NCBI GenBank assembly: GCA_965227295.1
Contig: OZ245742.1
Span: forward strand, 3,040,001-3,104,000
Reading direction: 5' to 3'
Origin: Leptonemataceae bacterium
GTDB lineage: Bacteria > Spirochaetota > Leptospiria > Leptospirales > Leptonemataceae
DNA: 64,000 bases
Part shown: positions 1 to 9,419 of the stretch, one piece after another
Layout: each line of letters opens with the position of its first letter
Numbering within the stretch: the stretch's first letter is position 1
Position numbers and translations under genes: made by a program
Notes under the pieces: model-generated
What the model was told of the DNA's origin: nothing
The model's database searches: none
What the model saw: the letters and a program-made list of their open reading frames with translations, nothing else

Positions 1-519
1 CCTTTCGACCGAAAGTAAATGCGTAAAGCCGACCCCGGTAATCCACAGGAAGATAAGGTCATTTCCCCGGACTTCGCCAGGAACTGGCAAGTTTATGGAA
101 TCGTCCATATACAATTTAGAAAGCCGATGGATGTCGCTTTCGGTGGCCTTCAGGGTCCATAGTTGACGAGTTGCCCGGTGAAGAAAAATTTTGTTCTGTT
201 CAAACCATTTTAGTATTCCCGGATGACGTTTGGAGACTCTCGATATTATTTCGAGTAGCTCATGGCGATCGATTGGTCCAGACTGAAACTGATTCTTGAG
301 CTCCTGCCAGATACCTGTGATGTTGACAGGCTTACTCAGCCGATACTCCGTGGCTGATTCAGATATTGGAAAGATTGCAACCCCTGTAATCCCTTGAGTC
401 CGCCGATAGAAGAAAACAACGTCCCCGTCCTCGATTCCCTCCGGATAAATCCATTCGGGCCCGCCGTCGAAACGTTTCGCGCCGCCCGACACGGCCATCC
501 AGAACTTCGGCTCACGCAT
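1..519 (-). CDS. Partial protein (runs off the window edge) with two EVE/PUA-like segments
   Basis: Hand translation from ATG 519 (MREPKFWMAVSGG...IEDGDVVFFYRRTQGITGVA...VRGNDLIFLWITGVGFTHLLSVER) stays open to base 1. Absent from the ORF track because it has no stop in the window. AT-richer than its neighbours. Confidence 0.7.
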   Translation of the reverse strand, partial: MREPKFWMAVSGGAKRFDGGPEWIYPEGIEDGDVVFFYRRTQGITGVAIFPISESATEYRLSKPVNITGIWQELKNQFQSGPIDRHELLEIISRVSKRHPGILKWFEQNKIFLHRATRQLWTLKATESDIHRLSKLYMDDSINLPVPGEVRGNDLIFLWITGVGFTHLLSVER

Positions 520-574
520 AACTGCACATGATTCACAGTTACGCCGTGAGGACGCCACTGATTTTCAAACGAAC

Positions 575-710
575 GCCGAGGGGGTGACGGAGGACCGAAA
601 GCGGCCGGGCAGGGCTGGCCGGAGGCTGGCCCGGTCGCGCGGAGCGCGAGCCCGGACGTGGTCGCGAAGCGATTCGGGCCGGAGTCAGGGGGAGCAAAGC
701 TCCCCCTCCC
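575..710. repeat. GC-rich palindromic intergenic element (REP-like)
   Basis: Nested short palindromes ending in the 9-bp stem AGGGGGAGC-AAA-GCTCCCCCT (687-707). Confidence 0.45.
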
Positions 711-864
711 ATCACCGGAAGGTTTCCAGAAAACACCGGCGAATCCAATGAGACAAAACCGTTCGAGGCGGATATCATCGCAGTAGACGCGCCGTGGCGC
801 CCAGGATCATGATGGACAAAACCATCGATGTTCTGTAGTCTCTCAGCAGGAGGACTTTGTATCC

Positions 865-1104
865 ATGAAATCCACCACGACAAACATCTTACGAAAACTC
901 AGCATAACATTCATCGCCGGAGCGTTTCTGTTCAGCTCCGTAACGGCCTGTAGCTATTTCCAGGACGACAGCGACGACGACAACTCCGGCCTCTTACTTC
1001 TGGGCGGTGCCGCCGCCCTTCTGGGCGTACTGTCGAATACTACGGCGACGGCCAATCAATCCGGCATGGTCATCGACGTACCGAAAGGCGTGGCGGCCGA
1101 CTGA
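865..1104 (+). CDS. Small lipoprotein
   Basis: AGGAGG upstream; basic N-terminus, hydrophobic stretch and lipobox-like SVTAC. Confidence 0.75.
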   Translation: MKSTTTNILRKLSITFIAGAFLFSSVTACSYFQDDSDDDNSGLLLLGGAAALLGVLSNTTATANQSGMVIDVPKGVAAD

Positions 1105-1128
1105 GTCGCGGAAACAGGAGATCCACTT

Positions 1129-2196
1129 ATGAAACGATTCCAAACAAATCGCGGCCGCATGCTCGCCGCTTTTGTCATGGCCGTCGCGTTCTTCGGCGTA
1201 AGCCTGAGCACCGGTACGAAGCGTGTGGCGACTCATCAGGGCCCCATCGAAACACTGCACGTGGACTTCGGCTTCAACGAATCCCTGCACGCCGCCGAGA
1301 ATGCCTGGGGTTTCGTGCGTCAGTCGGCCACCTGGGCGCGGAGCAACTCGTTGTTCATTGACGGCATTCTGGCCGGCCTCATTCGTTCCGGCCTGCTCAG
1401 TTCCAGCGGCACGTCCACGTTTGCGGGGCAGACCCTGTCCGGTCTGTCCGGAACCTGGACCCTGCGATTGACCGTGGGCGCGAACGAATCCGTCACCTCG
1501 TCGGCATATACCGGCTCGAAAACCTTCGCGAACAAGTTCGAGATCTGGCGCGACAGCGATAACGCCAAGGCCGTAGAGTTGTTCTTCAACGCCGCCGGCG
1601 ACGTCTCCGGCGACGGCGCGCTCATCTTCTATCAACTGAACGTACTGCAACCCGGCACCTGGACCGGCGATAACGTCATCGTCGAGTCGTACGTCTTCGG
1701 TAACACGTCCGAACGCAAACAGACGTACTCCTGGTCCGGCGGCAAGTTCACCAGCGACGGCATCACCACGCGCGGTCGCGTGATTCTGGAAGAGATGGAC
1801 GGCGGCACGCTCCTCTGTTTCAAGAGTGTCGTCGCGTTGAACACGAATATCTGCACCGGGGCGAGCGGCACGGAGTACTACTCCCTGGCGTATCCGGTGA
1901 ACGTCGCAGCGCCCAACGAAACCACGGCGAAGTTCGGCCTGGCCGACGGCTCCGTCGATAACAGCGGCACCATCTGCGGTGCGAACAACTCACTGAACTA
2001 CGGCCTCTTTCTGAACGGCGGATTCGTTTCCGACGGTACGGCTTCGTCCGCGGTACCTTCGAACTATCCGCCCAGCAGCCGCACCGACACGCTCTTTGCC
2101 GAGATCAACACGTCCGGCCAGGATGCCTGGGACGATACAACCCAGGCGACCATCGACGGCCTGAACATTCAATTTAAGTCGACGGCGGCGCCGTAA
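1129..2196 (+). CDS. Secreted hypothetical protein, Ser/Thr/Gly-rich
   Basis: 355-aa ORF with RBS (CAGGAG), signal peptide and GC3-rich codon usage; followed by a terminator. Confidence 0.8.
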   Translation: MKRFQTNRGRMLAAFVMAVAFFGVSLSTGTKRVATHQGPIETLHVDFGFNESLHAAENAWGFVRQSATWARSNSLFIDGILAGLIRSGLLSSSGTSTFAGQTLSGLSGTWTLRLTVGANESVTSSAYTGSKTFANKFEIWRDSDNAKAVELFFNAAGDVSGDGALIFYQLNVLQPGTWTGDNVIVESYVFGNTSERKQTYSWSGGKFTSDGITTRGRVILEEMDGGTLLCFKSVVALNTNICTGASGTEYYSLAYPVNVAAPNETTAKFGLADGSVDNSGTICGANNSLNYGLFLNGGFVSDGTASSAVPSNYPPSSRTDTLFAEINTSGQDAWDDTTQATIDGLNIQFKSTAAP

Positions 2197-2217
2197 GTTT
2201 CTGTACGCGTATGTTAA

Positions 2218-2254
2218 ACAAAGCCGCGGCCGCTTAAGCCGGTCGCGGCTTTGT
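2218..2254 (+). terminator. Intrinsic terminator-like hairpin
   Basis: ACAAAGCCGCGGCCG-N7-CGGTCGCGGCTTTGT just after the 2196 stop. Confidence 0.7.
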
Positions 2255-2433
2255 CGTGAATATTCGGCCGGCCCCACTCGACTTCGGCTGATGCCCCCGT
2301 CTTTCAGCCGGAGCGGGCGACTGCTCCTCCGGGAGAGCTTCCCGTCGTCTTGCATCGGCCCATCATTTCCCCATTGACCACCATCGCCCTCGCGGAGAGC
2401 GTATCCCTTACGCGCCCCGCGCGTCGCAACAGA

Positions 2434-3180
2434 GTGACCGCCACATCCGCCACATCCAGCACAGCCGCCGCGCAGACCCCCGCCATCGATGTCCGCAACC
2501 TCGTCGTCGCCTATCGCGGCGGCCGGGAAGTACTGCGCGGCGTCCATCTTACGGTGACTCCGGGAGAATGTTGCGTCGTCGTCGGCCCGAACGGTGGCGG
2601 GAAAACCACGCTCTTTCGCGCGATCCTCGGGCTCCTGGAAATACGTTCGGGCAGTCTGCACATCTTCGGCCGATCGCCGCGCGAAGGCCGGCGCCTCGTC
2701 GGTTATCTGCCGCAGCACAATCGTGTGGACCCGGACTTTCCGTTGCATGTCCGCGACGTGGTGGCCATGGGTTTGCTCGGTCCGGCGACGCTGATGGAGC
2801 GACTGCGCCGCGTATTGCGCGGGCAAAATCTCTCCGCCGCCGAAGAGCAGGTCGTCACGGAGGTCCTCGCGTCGGTAAACCTGGCCGGGTTTGAAGATCG
2901 GCGTCTCGGTGAACTTTCCGGCGGGCAAATGCAACGTGTCTTTCTCGCGCGGGCCCTGGCGTGCCGGCCGCGCATCCTGTTGCTCGACGAACCCGCGGCG
3001 CACCTCGATCCGCGCACCAGCGATTCGCTCTACGAGCTTTTGCGCGACCTCCGGCGCAACGATACCACCATCGTACTCAGCAGCCACGACCCCGGGGACT
3101 TCGCCGGGGACGACGTCACGGTGGTGCACGTGGACGGCGTATTGAGCGCGTACGATGCGACGACGGCGCATCGTCACTGA
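2434..3180 (+). CDS. znuC: Metal (Zn/Mn) ABC transporter ATP-binding protein
   Basis: GPNGGGKTT Walker A, GYLPQ, LSGGQMQR signature, LLLDEP. Start uncertain (ORF open from 2350). Confidence 0.85.
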   Translation: MTATSATSSTAAAQTPAIDVRNLVVAYRGGREVLRGVHLTVTPGECCVVVGPNGGGKTTLFRAILGLLEIRSGSLHIFGRSPREGRRLVGYLPQHNRVDPDFPLHVRDVVAMGLLGPATLMERLRRVLRGQNLSAAEEQVVTEVLASVNLAGFEDRRLGELSGGQMQRVFLARALACRPRILLLDEPAAHLDPRTSDSLYELLRDLRRNDTTIVLSSHDPGDFAGDDVTVVHVDGVLSAYDATTAHRH

Positions 3181-3202
3181 GTAAGTTTTACAAAAAGTTA
3201 GT

Positions 3203-4012
3203 ATGATGGAACTATTCGAATACGGCTTTATGCAGCAGGCCCTCGTCGCCGCGCTGCTCGTGAGTATCGCCACCGGGGTGATCGGCGTTTTCGTCGTGGT
3301 CAACCGCATGGTCTTCGTGAGCGGCGGCGTCGCCCACGCGGCGTACGGCGGCGTGGGTCTCGCCACGTTCCTGGGTTTTTCCCCGGTGCTGGGGGCCTTC
3401 GCCTTCACGGGCGCGGCGGCGATATTGATGGGCCTGGTCCAGCGCCGCGCCGGTGAACGCTCCGACACGATCATCGGCGTGCTCTGGGCCCTGGGCATGG
3501 CCGTGGGTGTCATCTTCACGGAACTCACGCCGGGTTACCGGGGCGACCTCATGAGTTATCTGTTCGGCAGCATCCTCATGGTCAGCGTACAGGATCTCTG
3601 GTTGATGCTTCTGTTCGATGCGGTGATCATCGTCACCGCGACGTTGTTTTATCGTGAATTCGTGGCCATCTCCTTCGACGAGACCTTCGCCGCGACACGC
3701 AACGTTCCGGTAACCGCGTTCTACCTGTTGTTATTGCTGCTCATCGCCTGCGCCGTCGTTCTGCTCATGCGCGCGACCGGCCTCATCCTGGTGATCGCGC
3801 TGCTTACGATTCCCGTCTCCATCGCCTCCTGGCTGACGCGCGACCTCGGTCGCCTCATCGTCTACTCGACTTTGTTCAGCGCGCTCTTCTGTTACGCCGG
3901 TCTCGGGCTTTCTATGTTGTGGAACTTTAGCTCGGGCGCGACGATCATACTAACCGCCGGTGTAGTGTACTTAGTCGGCCAGGGTGTTAGACTGGTAAAG
4001 GGGCGGGATTGA
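3203..4012 (+). CDS. znuB: Metal ABC transporter permease
   Basis: FMQQALVAALL, GVAHAAYGG and YLFGSIL motifs; multiple TM segments; adjacent to the ATPase. Confidence 0.88.
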   Translation: MMELFEYGFMQQALVAALLVSIATGVIGVFVVVNRMVFVSGGVAHAAYGGVGLATFLGFSPVLGAFAFTGAAAILMGLVQRRAGERSDTIIGVLWALGMAVGVIFTELTPGYRGDLMSYLFGSILMVSVQDLWLMLLFDAVIIVTATLFYREFVAISFDETFAATRNVPVTAFYLLLLLLIACAVVLLMRATGLILVIALLTIPVSIASWLTRDLGRLIVYSTLFSALFCYAGLGLSMLWNFSSGATIILTAGVVYLVGQGVRLVKGRD

Positions 4013-4034
4013 AAGGGAAGGGGAAGTAAAACTC

Positions 4035-4155
4035 TTTTGGGCGCCTCGCCGCTGCGCGGCGACCGGGCTTTCCAGGGCTCCGCCTTTCGGCTTCGGTCCT
4101 GCGCGCTTCGCGCTCCGGACGCGCGCTGGCGCGCGCCCCTTCCAATCCCTGGCGC
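4035..4155. repeat. REP-like palindromic intergenic element
   Basis: TTTTGGGCG-[hairpin]-CCGGGCT...TCCAATCCCTGGCGCG between convergent genes; related in reverse complement to 15340-15455. Confidence 0.55.
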
Positions 4156-4169
4156 GGAAGAATGGAGCC

Positions 4170-4946
4170 TTACAGCCGTCGATATTCCGCCGGGTCGGCT
4201 TTGAGGATGTACCAGCCGTCGCTGTACTCCACTTCGCCGGTGATCTCCACCGGCAGCGCCACGAGTCGTAACACACGATCATTGACGGTTTGCCCGGCCT
4301 CGTCCGTTAACAGAAAGTGCCGCGCCGTTTCGCCGTCCCGCACCACGAAGACCGGCGGAATGCCGCCGCTGATGCAGCGAATCGCGCAGCCGCGGTGACT
4401 CTTCCACTCGCCCGGATTCATGGCGCCCAGGTAACACTTGCTGTCCACGATCTCGCCCTGCAGCGTATACGTACCCAGGCTGCGCCGCGCAACGCCCGTA
4501 AGATTCGCGGCGGGCAGCGCGGCGTTCTCGCCTTCCGCGAGTTGCACGGTGCCCGGACGAACGGCGATCATCGTGCGGTTCTCGCGATACAACAACGCCC
4601 CTTCCAGGCTGACGCGGCGCCCGGCGAAATCCTGGACGTAGTCCGCGCCGCCGAACTTGAACGGGTCTACCAGTAAGTACGAAGAAACATAACTTAAGCC
4701 GGCACTCTTCCCGGGGCGACGCACCCGCAAATGCGGGTACGGCTCCATGCCGACGATGCCCTCGAAGCGGCGCCAGTTTTCAAACTCGTAGACCGAGGGG
4801 CCGTAGGCGTTCTGGGTGAAAGCGAGCAGGCCGCCCGTGATCAAGAGCAGCACTGCGGCGGCGGCCACCGTACGTTTCGTAAAAAGCGCGATGCCGGCGG
4901 GGGCCCGGTCTTCGAAGCCCACGTAAAATTCATCCTGTGCGTTCAT
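4170..4946 (-). CDS. Membrane-anchored hypothetical protein with a Cys/His motif
   Basis: Start MNAQDEFYVG overlaps the upstream stop (ATGA); one TM; motif DSKCYLG...HRGCAIRC. Confidence 0.75.
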   Translation of the reverse strand: MNAQDEFYVGFEDRAPAGIALFTKRTVAAAAVLLLITGGLLAFTQNAYGPSVYEFENWRRFEGIVGMEPYPHLRVRRPGKSAGLSYVSSYLLVDPFKFGGADYVQDFAGRRVSLEGALLYRENRTMIAVRPGTVQLAEGENAALPAANLTGVARRSLGTYTLQGEIVDSKCYLGAMNPGEWKSHRGCAIRCISGGIPPVFVVRDGETARHFLLTDEAGQTVNDRVLRLVALPVEITGEVEYSDGWYILKADPAEYRRL

Positions 4947-6031
4947 GCCTGGTGCTCCGACTGTGTGACTTCCAGCCGCGCCGGTTCCACGAAGCTGCCC
5001 GGCGGTCGGGGCTGCGGATCCACGTAGACGCGCTGATCGTCGTCGACGTAAACCGGGAACGTCGGCACCTTCTCGGTGTACGGCGGCGGGGAGGACCCGG
5101 TGGCCGGATCGTACTGAAAGCCGTGCCAGGGGCAAACCACGCAGCCGTCCACGATGCGCCCTTCACCCAGGGGGCCGTTCTGATGCCGGCATACGTTCGA
5201 AATCGCCGAGAGCAACGACACATCATCCTCGCCGGCGTAGCGAAACACGGCGATGCGTTCACCGGCCACCGTCACGATCTTCGCGCGATCCGGGGCGATG
5301 TCGCCGGTCTGGCAGACGTAGACGTAACCGTCCTCGATGTAATTGTTCGTCGGTGCATGTTTGGGCGGGAGCGGCTCGTCGCTCCGGAAGGCCGCGACCA
5401 GGTGTAGTCCCAGGACCCAGACCAGTCCCGCGCCGGTAACGACGGCGAAGGCGGGATTGCGAGTTTCCTGGAGAATGCCCAGGCCGACGTGCATCACGAT
5501 CAAAGCGTAGGCAACGTAGACGAGCATGTGCAGCGTCTTCCACACCGGCGGCGTAAGATTCTTGAGCCAGAAGTCATGGGACGTCGCCGCCATAAGAAAA
5601 AGGATGATCAGCGCGAAAAAGCCGAGCGGCTGAAACGGAAAGTTCGTGAGGCTCGTGTACTCCGTTTCCGAGACGAAGAGCGACAAGAGCGGATTCAAAT
5701 CGCCGAAGCCGTGAAAGTGCAGAATCGACAACACGCCGTGAGTCAGGGCGAGCACGAACATCATCACGCCCAGGTGGCGCCGGTTGTAGAGCCAGGGCAG
5801 GAAGCGCCGGTCCAATCGGCACAGCGGTCCGATGCTCAGGATGACGTGCAGGAGCAGAAAAGCCGCCGTTCCCGTGGAACGAATGATCAGTGTTTCGGCG
5901 ACGGCGGTGGGATGCAACACCGCGCTCACGCCGACGTACACGGAGATGTAAGCCAGCACGCCTGCGAACGCGCTCAGGTCGTAGATGCGCTTCTGCCGGT
6001 TCCAGCCGACGGCGATGTACTTCGCGCTCAT
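4943..6031 (-). CDS. Ferric reductase-like (MsrQ-like) transmembrane domain fused to a Rieske [2Fe-2S] domain
   Basis: RRHLG, LAxTS-like and WKTLHMLVY heme-membrane motifs; C-terminal CRH...CPWHG Rieske motif. Confidence 0.85.
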   Translation of the reverse strand: MSAKYIAVGWNRQKRIYDLSAFAGVLAYISVYVGVSAVLHPTAVAETLIIRSTGTAAFLLLHVILSIGPLCRLDRRFLPWLYNRRHLGVMMFVLALTHGVLSILHFHGFGDLNPLLSLFVSETEYTSLTNFPFQPLGFFALIILFLMAATSHDFWLKNLTPPVWKTLHMLVYVAYALIVMHVGLGILQETRNPAFAVVTGAGLVWVLGLHLVAAFRSDEPLPPKHAPTNNYIEDGYVYVCQTGDIAPDRAKIVTVAGERIAVFRYAGEDDVSLLSAISNVCRHQNGPLGEGRIVDGCVVCPWHGFQYDPATGSSPPPYTEKVPTFPVYVDDDQRVYVDPQPRPPGSFVEPARLEVTQSEHQA

Positions 6032-6573
6032 AGTTCCTCCGGCTTCGGCGTCGGTGCATCGTCACGCACTTCCATGGTTAACTTTGACAGATCGTAACTT
6101 ACGATGATCCGGCGATGGGCCAGGCTGTAAAAGTACAGGCCGCCGCGGCTTGCGGACGGCAGGTCGAAGCTGTGCTCCCGGAGTGGCAGCGGGCCGAGGA
6201 GCAGGGCGCGATCGGGGATGCCCGCGCTACTGACTTCGCCGCCGGCATAGTAGACCAGGACATCGGGCAGCATCAGATCATGCTGCGGTTGCAGGGTGAG
6301 TCCGAATCCATCCGCGCTGCGATAGAGACGCGCTTCATAGTAGAATTTGCCGGCTGCCGGTCCGGTGGCGAGAAACCCGGCCGCGGGGCGCACGGCGAAG
6401 GCGATGAGCGGTCCGGGCGTATCGTCCACGGGCCCGGTACCCGGCAGCCGTTCGGCCCGCGCCGCTTCCGGCGCTTCGAGTTTCGCCGACATGGCGGCCG
6501 CAAACAGCGGGACCAGCACGAGCGTGAGAACGATCCACATCCAGCGGTGGCGGCGACGGAGCGGGGCGATCAT
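6028..6573 (-). CDS. Hypothetical membrane-anchored protein
   Basis: MIAPLRRRHRWMW followed by a TM segment; 4-bp overlaps with both neighbours. Confidence 0.7.
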   Translation of the reverse strand: MIAPLRRRHRWMWIVLTLVLVPLFAAAMSAKLEAPEAARAERLPGTGPVDDTPGPLIAFAVRPAAGFLATGPAAGKFYYEARLYRSADGFGLTLQPQHDLMLPDVLVYYAGGEVSSAGIPDRALLLGPLPLREHSFDLPSASRGGLYFYSLAHRRIIVSYDLSKLTMEVRDDAPTPKPEEL

Positions 6574-6854
6574 TGCGCACCTCGCTCCCCGGATGTCGCG
6601 CGACAACGTTGCAGGTGCGCACTCCGTTCTTCCGGCGGTTCATCGCGGCCGACGATCCAGCGATACGCGAACAGCGGCCAGAACACCAGCAGGCCAGGCA
6701 GAATCAAAATGCGAAAGCCGATGGATGCGCCGCGGGCGTTCGGATCCAGGCGACCGGCACCGACGATCACGAACAGCAGGCCGAAGAGCAAACCGGCCGC
6801 AGCATAACCGGCAATGATCAGCATTACTATGGAAAAAATCGATTCAGCATTCAC
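6570..6854 (-). CDS. Small hypothetical membrane protein
   Basis: Two hydrophobic segments, FRILILPG...FWP motif; first gene of a coupled 4-gene operon. Confidence 0.7.
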   Translation of the reverse strand: MNAESIFSIVMLIIAGYAAAGLLFGLLFVIVGAGRLDPNARGASIGFRILILPGLLVFWPLFAYRWIVGRDEPPEERSAHLQRCRATSGERGAQ

Positions 6855-6910
6855 GCGAGAAGCACTCCGGTTCGATGCGGTCTCCTTCGGTCGTCGCTCG
6901 CGTGAAATTC

Positions 6911-8956
6911 TTACGCAGAAAAATCGTCCAGCTCCCGGCGATTCGTGCGACGCAATTCGCGCAGATCGAAGCGGGCCGGGGCCTGGGCTGCCATGAGGTC
7001 CCGCTCGAGCCCGGTGATTTCTCCCGCGATGCGCGCCGCAAGGTACTCGGCGCCGAGGTGAGCGTACAGCAAACCGCGGGAACCCAGGGCTGTTAGTGTG
7101 TAGACGCCGGGGACGTAGATCTCCGGGCGCTGATCCTCGCGCGGTAACTCGATCGCGGCCGGGGCGCGGCCGGACTTAAGTTGTTCCAGGTAGAAGTTAC
7201 GAAGTTCATTGCGGTAATGCACCGGACCGATCAGCGGCAGACGATCGCGGCTGGTCGTGCGAAACTCTGCCCGGGCCGGCAGCTTTTCCGGCGCATTCGC
7301 AAGGCCGGCGAACACGGGACTGCGCGCGGTCAGTACGTCAAGCAGGCGCCGGTTTTGTTCGGGGATGACGTCGGGGTCATGGTTCCACTCCTCGAACGTT
7401 GCGCCGATGTGATGGTACAATTGATCGTCCGTGCCGCGGACCGGCGGGCTCGCGTAACCATCGTAGCAGAGAATACGCCGTAATGATTCGGTCGCGGGAT
7501 TCGCCGGGGCGGCAAGGGTCTGGCCGCGCACGGTTTTCAGCGGGTACTCCGGCACACCGTCCATGCTACTCAGTAAATCCAGACGCGAGGCTCCGTCGGT
7601 GATGATGACGGCCTCCGCGCGGGCGATCGTCTTACCGCCGGCATCGAGGACTTCCCAATCCTTCCCATTCCGGCGCAGGCGGGAGGCGTGAACCTGCGTG
7701 TGCAGCCGGATACCGTTTTGTTCGAGATGAGCGCGGCAGAGTTGCGGCGGCGCGGCGCACGGAGCGGTCGGGAAAAAGAGCCCGCCGTGATTGAGTTCTA
7801 TTCCGGCCAGGGACGAGGCCTCATCCGCCTCGACGTAGCGCGCAAATTCTTCCGGCAATGCCAGGGCCGCCAGGGATCGACGATAGCGTTCGACCAGGGC
7901 CGGGCTGTGCGCTAATAACAGAGCGCCGCACGTTAAGAAAAAAGGCGGATGATTCAAGTCCGCGAAACTTTGCAACAGGCGCTGGAAAAAACCGGAGGCG
8001 GCCAGAGCATAGCGCGTCGCGGCCGTGGGTTGCGCGCTCACGGCGGGTACGGCGATGCCGATGGCGTTGCCCGAGGCCCGTCGGCCCGGTCCGGCTTCGC
8101 GCTCCAACAGACTAACTTTCACTCCGCGCCGGCTCAGCGCCGCCGCCGCGGCCGTGCCGGCCAGACCCGCGCCGATGATCACGACGTTCTCTGCCGAAGG
8201 AACCCCGGCGTTGCCGCGGACCTGCGCCCTCCGGCCGATGAAGCGCCCGCGAAGCATGTCCCGCTTGCGTGCGAAGCCGGGAATCTTTTCGACCGTAAAG
8301 CCGGAATCGGCCAGGGCGCGCCGGGCCATGCCGGCACTCGTATAAGTGGCGAAGCTGGCATCGTCCGCGGAAAGACGGGCCAGTTCTTGAAAGAGATCGA
8401 TCATCCACATGTCCGGATTCTTTGCCGGGGCGAAACCATCCAGGAACCAGGCGTCCACATTCCAGACGTGCCCCGCTTCGAGGGCGGCGTAACACTCCAG
8501 CGCCTCACCGTACATGAGAAACAAAGTGGCGCGATCCTTGAACTGCAAGACGTGAATGCCCGGGTGCATGGGCGGATAACATTCGAGGAGTTCCTCCGCC
8601 TCGCGCCGCAGCTCCGGATACACGGCCAGGGCCCTGCGCAGATCTTCCGCGCGGAGCGGATGCTTCTCGCAGCTAATATACAGAAAACGTAAGTTAGAGG
8701 AAGCCCGCTCGCGAAACAGGCGCAGGCTTTCGCAGAAATTCAGGCCGGTGCCGAAGCCGGTTTCGCCGATGGTGAAGAGACCGTGTTCGCGTGCCGTGAA
8801 TCGTTCGGCGATACGATTGTGTTCGAGGAAGACATGCCGGCTTTCTTCCAGGCCGCCGGTTTCGTGGGAGTAGTAGACGTCATCGTATGTGAGTGAAATC
8901 GGCGTGCGGCCGTCGCGAAACTCCACCCGGGCGGGCTCGATGGGGCCGGTGATCAT
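6911..8956 (-). CDS. mnmC: Bifunctional tRNA mnm5s2U34 methyltransferase / FAD-dependent oxidoreductase
   Basis: YDDVYYS, ETGFGTGLNF, WFLDGFAPAKNPDMW, then the GAGLAG FAD motif and LGSRGL. Confidence 0.95.
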   Translation of the reverse strand: MITGPIEPARVEFRDGRTPISLTYDDVYYSHETGGLEESRHVFLEHNRIAERFTAREHGLFTIGETGFGTGLNFCESLRLFRERASSNLRFLYISCEKHPLRAEDLRRALAVYPELRREAEELLECYPPMHPGIHVLQFKDRATLFLMYGEALECYAALEAGHVWNVDAWFLDGFAPAKNPDMWMIDLFQELARLSADDASFATYTSAGMARRALADSGFTVEKIPGFARKRDMLRGRFIGRRAQVRGNAGVPSAENVVIIGAGLAGTAAAAALSRRGVKVSLLEREAGPGRRASGNAIGIAVPAVSAQPTAATRYALAASGFFQRLLQSFADLNHPPFFLTCGALLLAHSPALVERYRRSLAALALPEEFARYVEADEASSLAGIELNHGGLFFPTAPCAAPPQLCRAHLEQNGIRLHTQVHASRLRRNGKDWEVLDAGGKTIARAEAVIITDGASRLDLLSSMDGVPEYPLKTVRGQTLAAPANPATESLRRILCYDGYASPPVRGTDDQLYHHIGATFEEWNHDPDVIPEQNRRLLDVLTARSPVFAGLANAPEKLPARAEFRTTSRDRLPLIGPVHYRNELRNFYLEQLKSGRAPAAIELPREDQRPEIYVPGVYTLTALGSRGLLYAHLGAEYLAARIAGEITGLERDLMAAQAPARFDLRELRRTNRRELDDFSA

Positions 8957-9018
8957 GGCCGCGATGATGAAAGCGATCGGGAAGATCGGTCAAGCCGTTT
9001 CGCCAGGCCGAACTAACG

Positions 9019-9384
9019 TTGCTTCCGTTTATTCCGCTCATGAAAGACGGCGGGCGATACATTGAACGCGCCTCGGAGAGAATACAGCACGAAGCTGATC
9101 TCTCTAACGATGAAAAAACGAGTTTACTGACGGTCTTATGCATCTATACTGGAATTCACGATCCCGAACGTGCGCGGGAAATTCTGAGCAAGGCAGGTCG
9201 GCTTATGATTGACTCACCCGTCTACGATTGGATTCGGCAGGAAGGTGTCGAGGAAGGCCGTGCGGAAGGAAAGCTCGAAGACGCGCAACGTATGCTGGAG
9301 CGCGGCATCGATCTCGCCACGGTCCTCGATGTTACCGGTTTGTCCGAAGACACGCTCCGCGAACGCGGGGTGTTGCCGGCCTGA
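9019..9384 (+). pseudogene. 5'-truncated Rpn (recombination-promoting nuclease) paralog; only the C-terminal part remains
   Basis: Closely matches the C-terminal half of 27267-28061 (LPFIPLM, DEKTSLL, YTGIHDPERAREI, SPVYDWIRQEG, TGLS..LRERGVL); nuclease half absent. Confidence 0.8.
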
Positions 9385-9388
9385 ACGA

Positions 9389-9419
9389 GCGGGGTCTCAG
9401 GACCCCGCCGGCGTTTTTT
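9389..9419 (+). terminator. Terminator-like hairpin between convergent genes
   Basis: GCGGGGTC-TCAG-GACCCCGC followed by a T-run. Confidence 0.5.

Noticed and set aside
1990..3528. 512-aa minus-strand ORF
   Set aside because: Antisense shadow of znuC/znuB; no motifs; typical of GC-rich DNA
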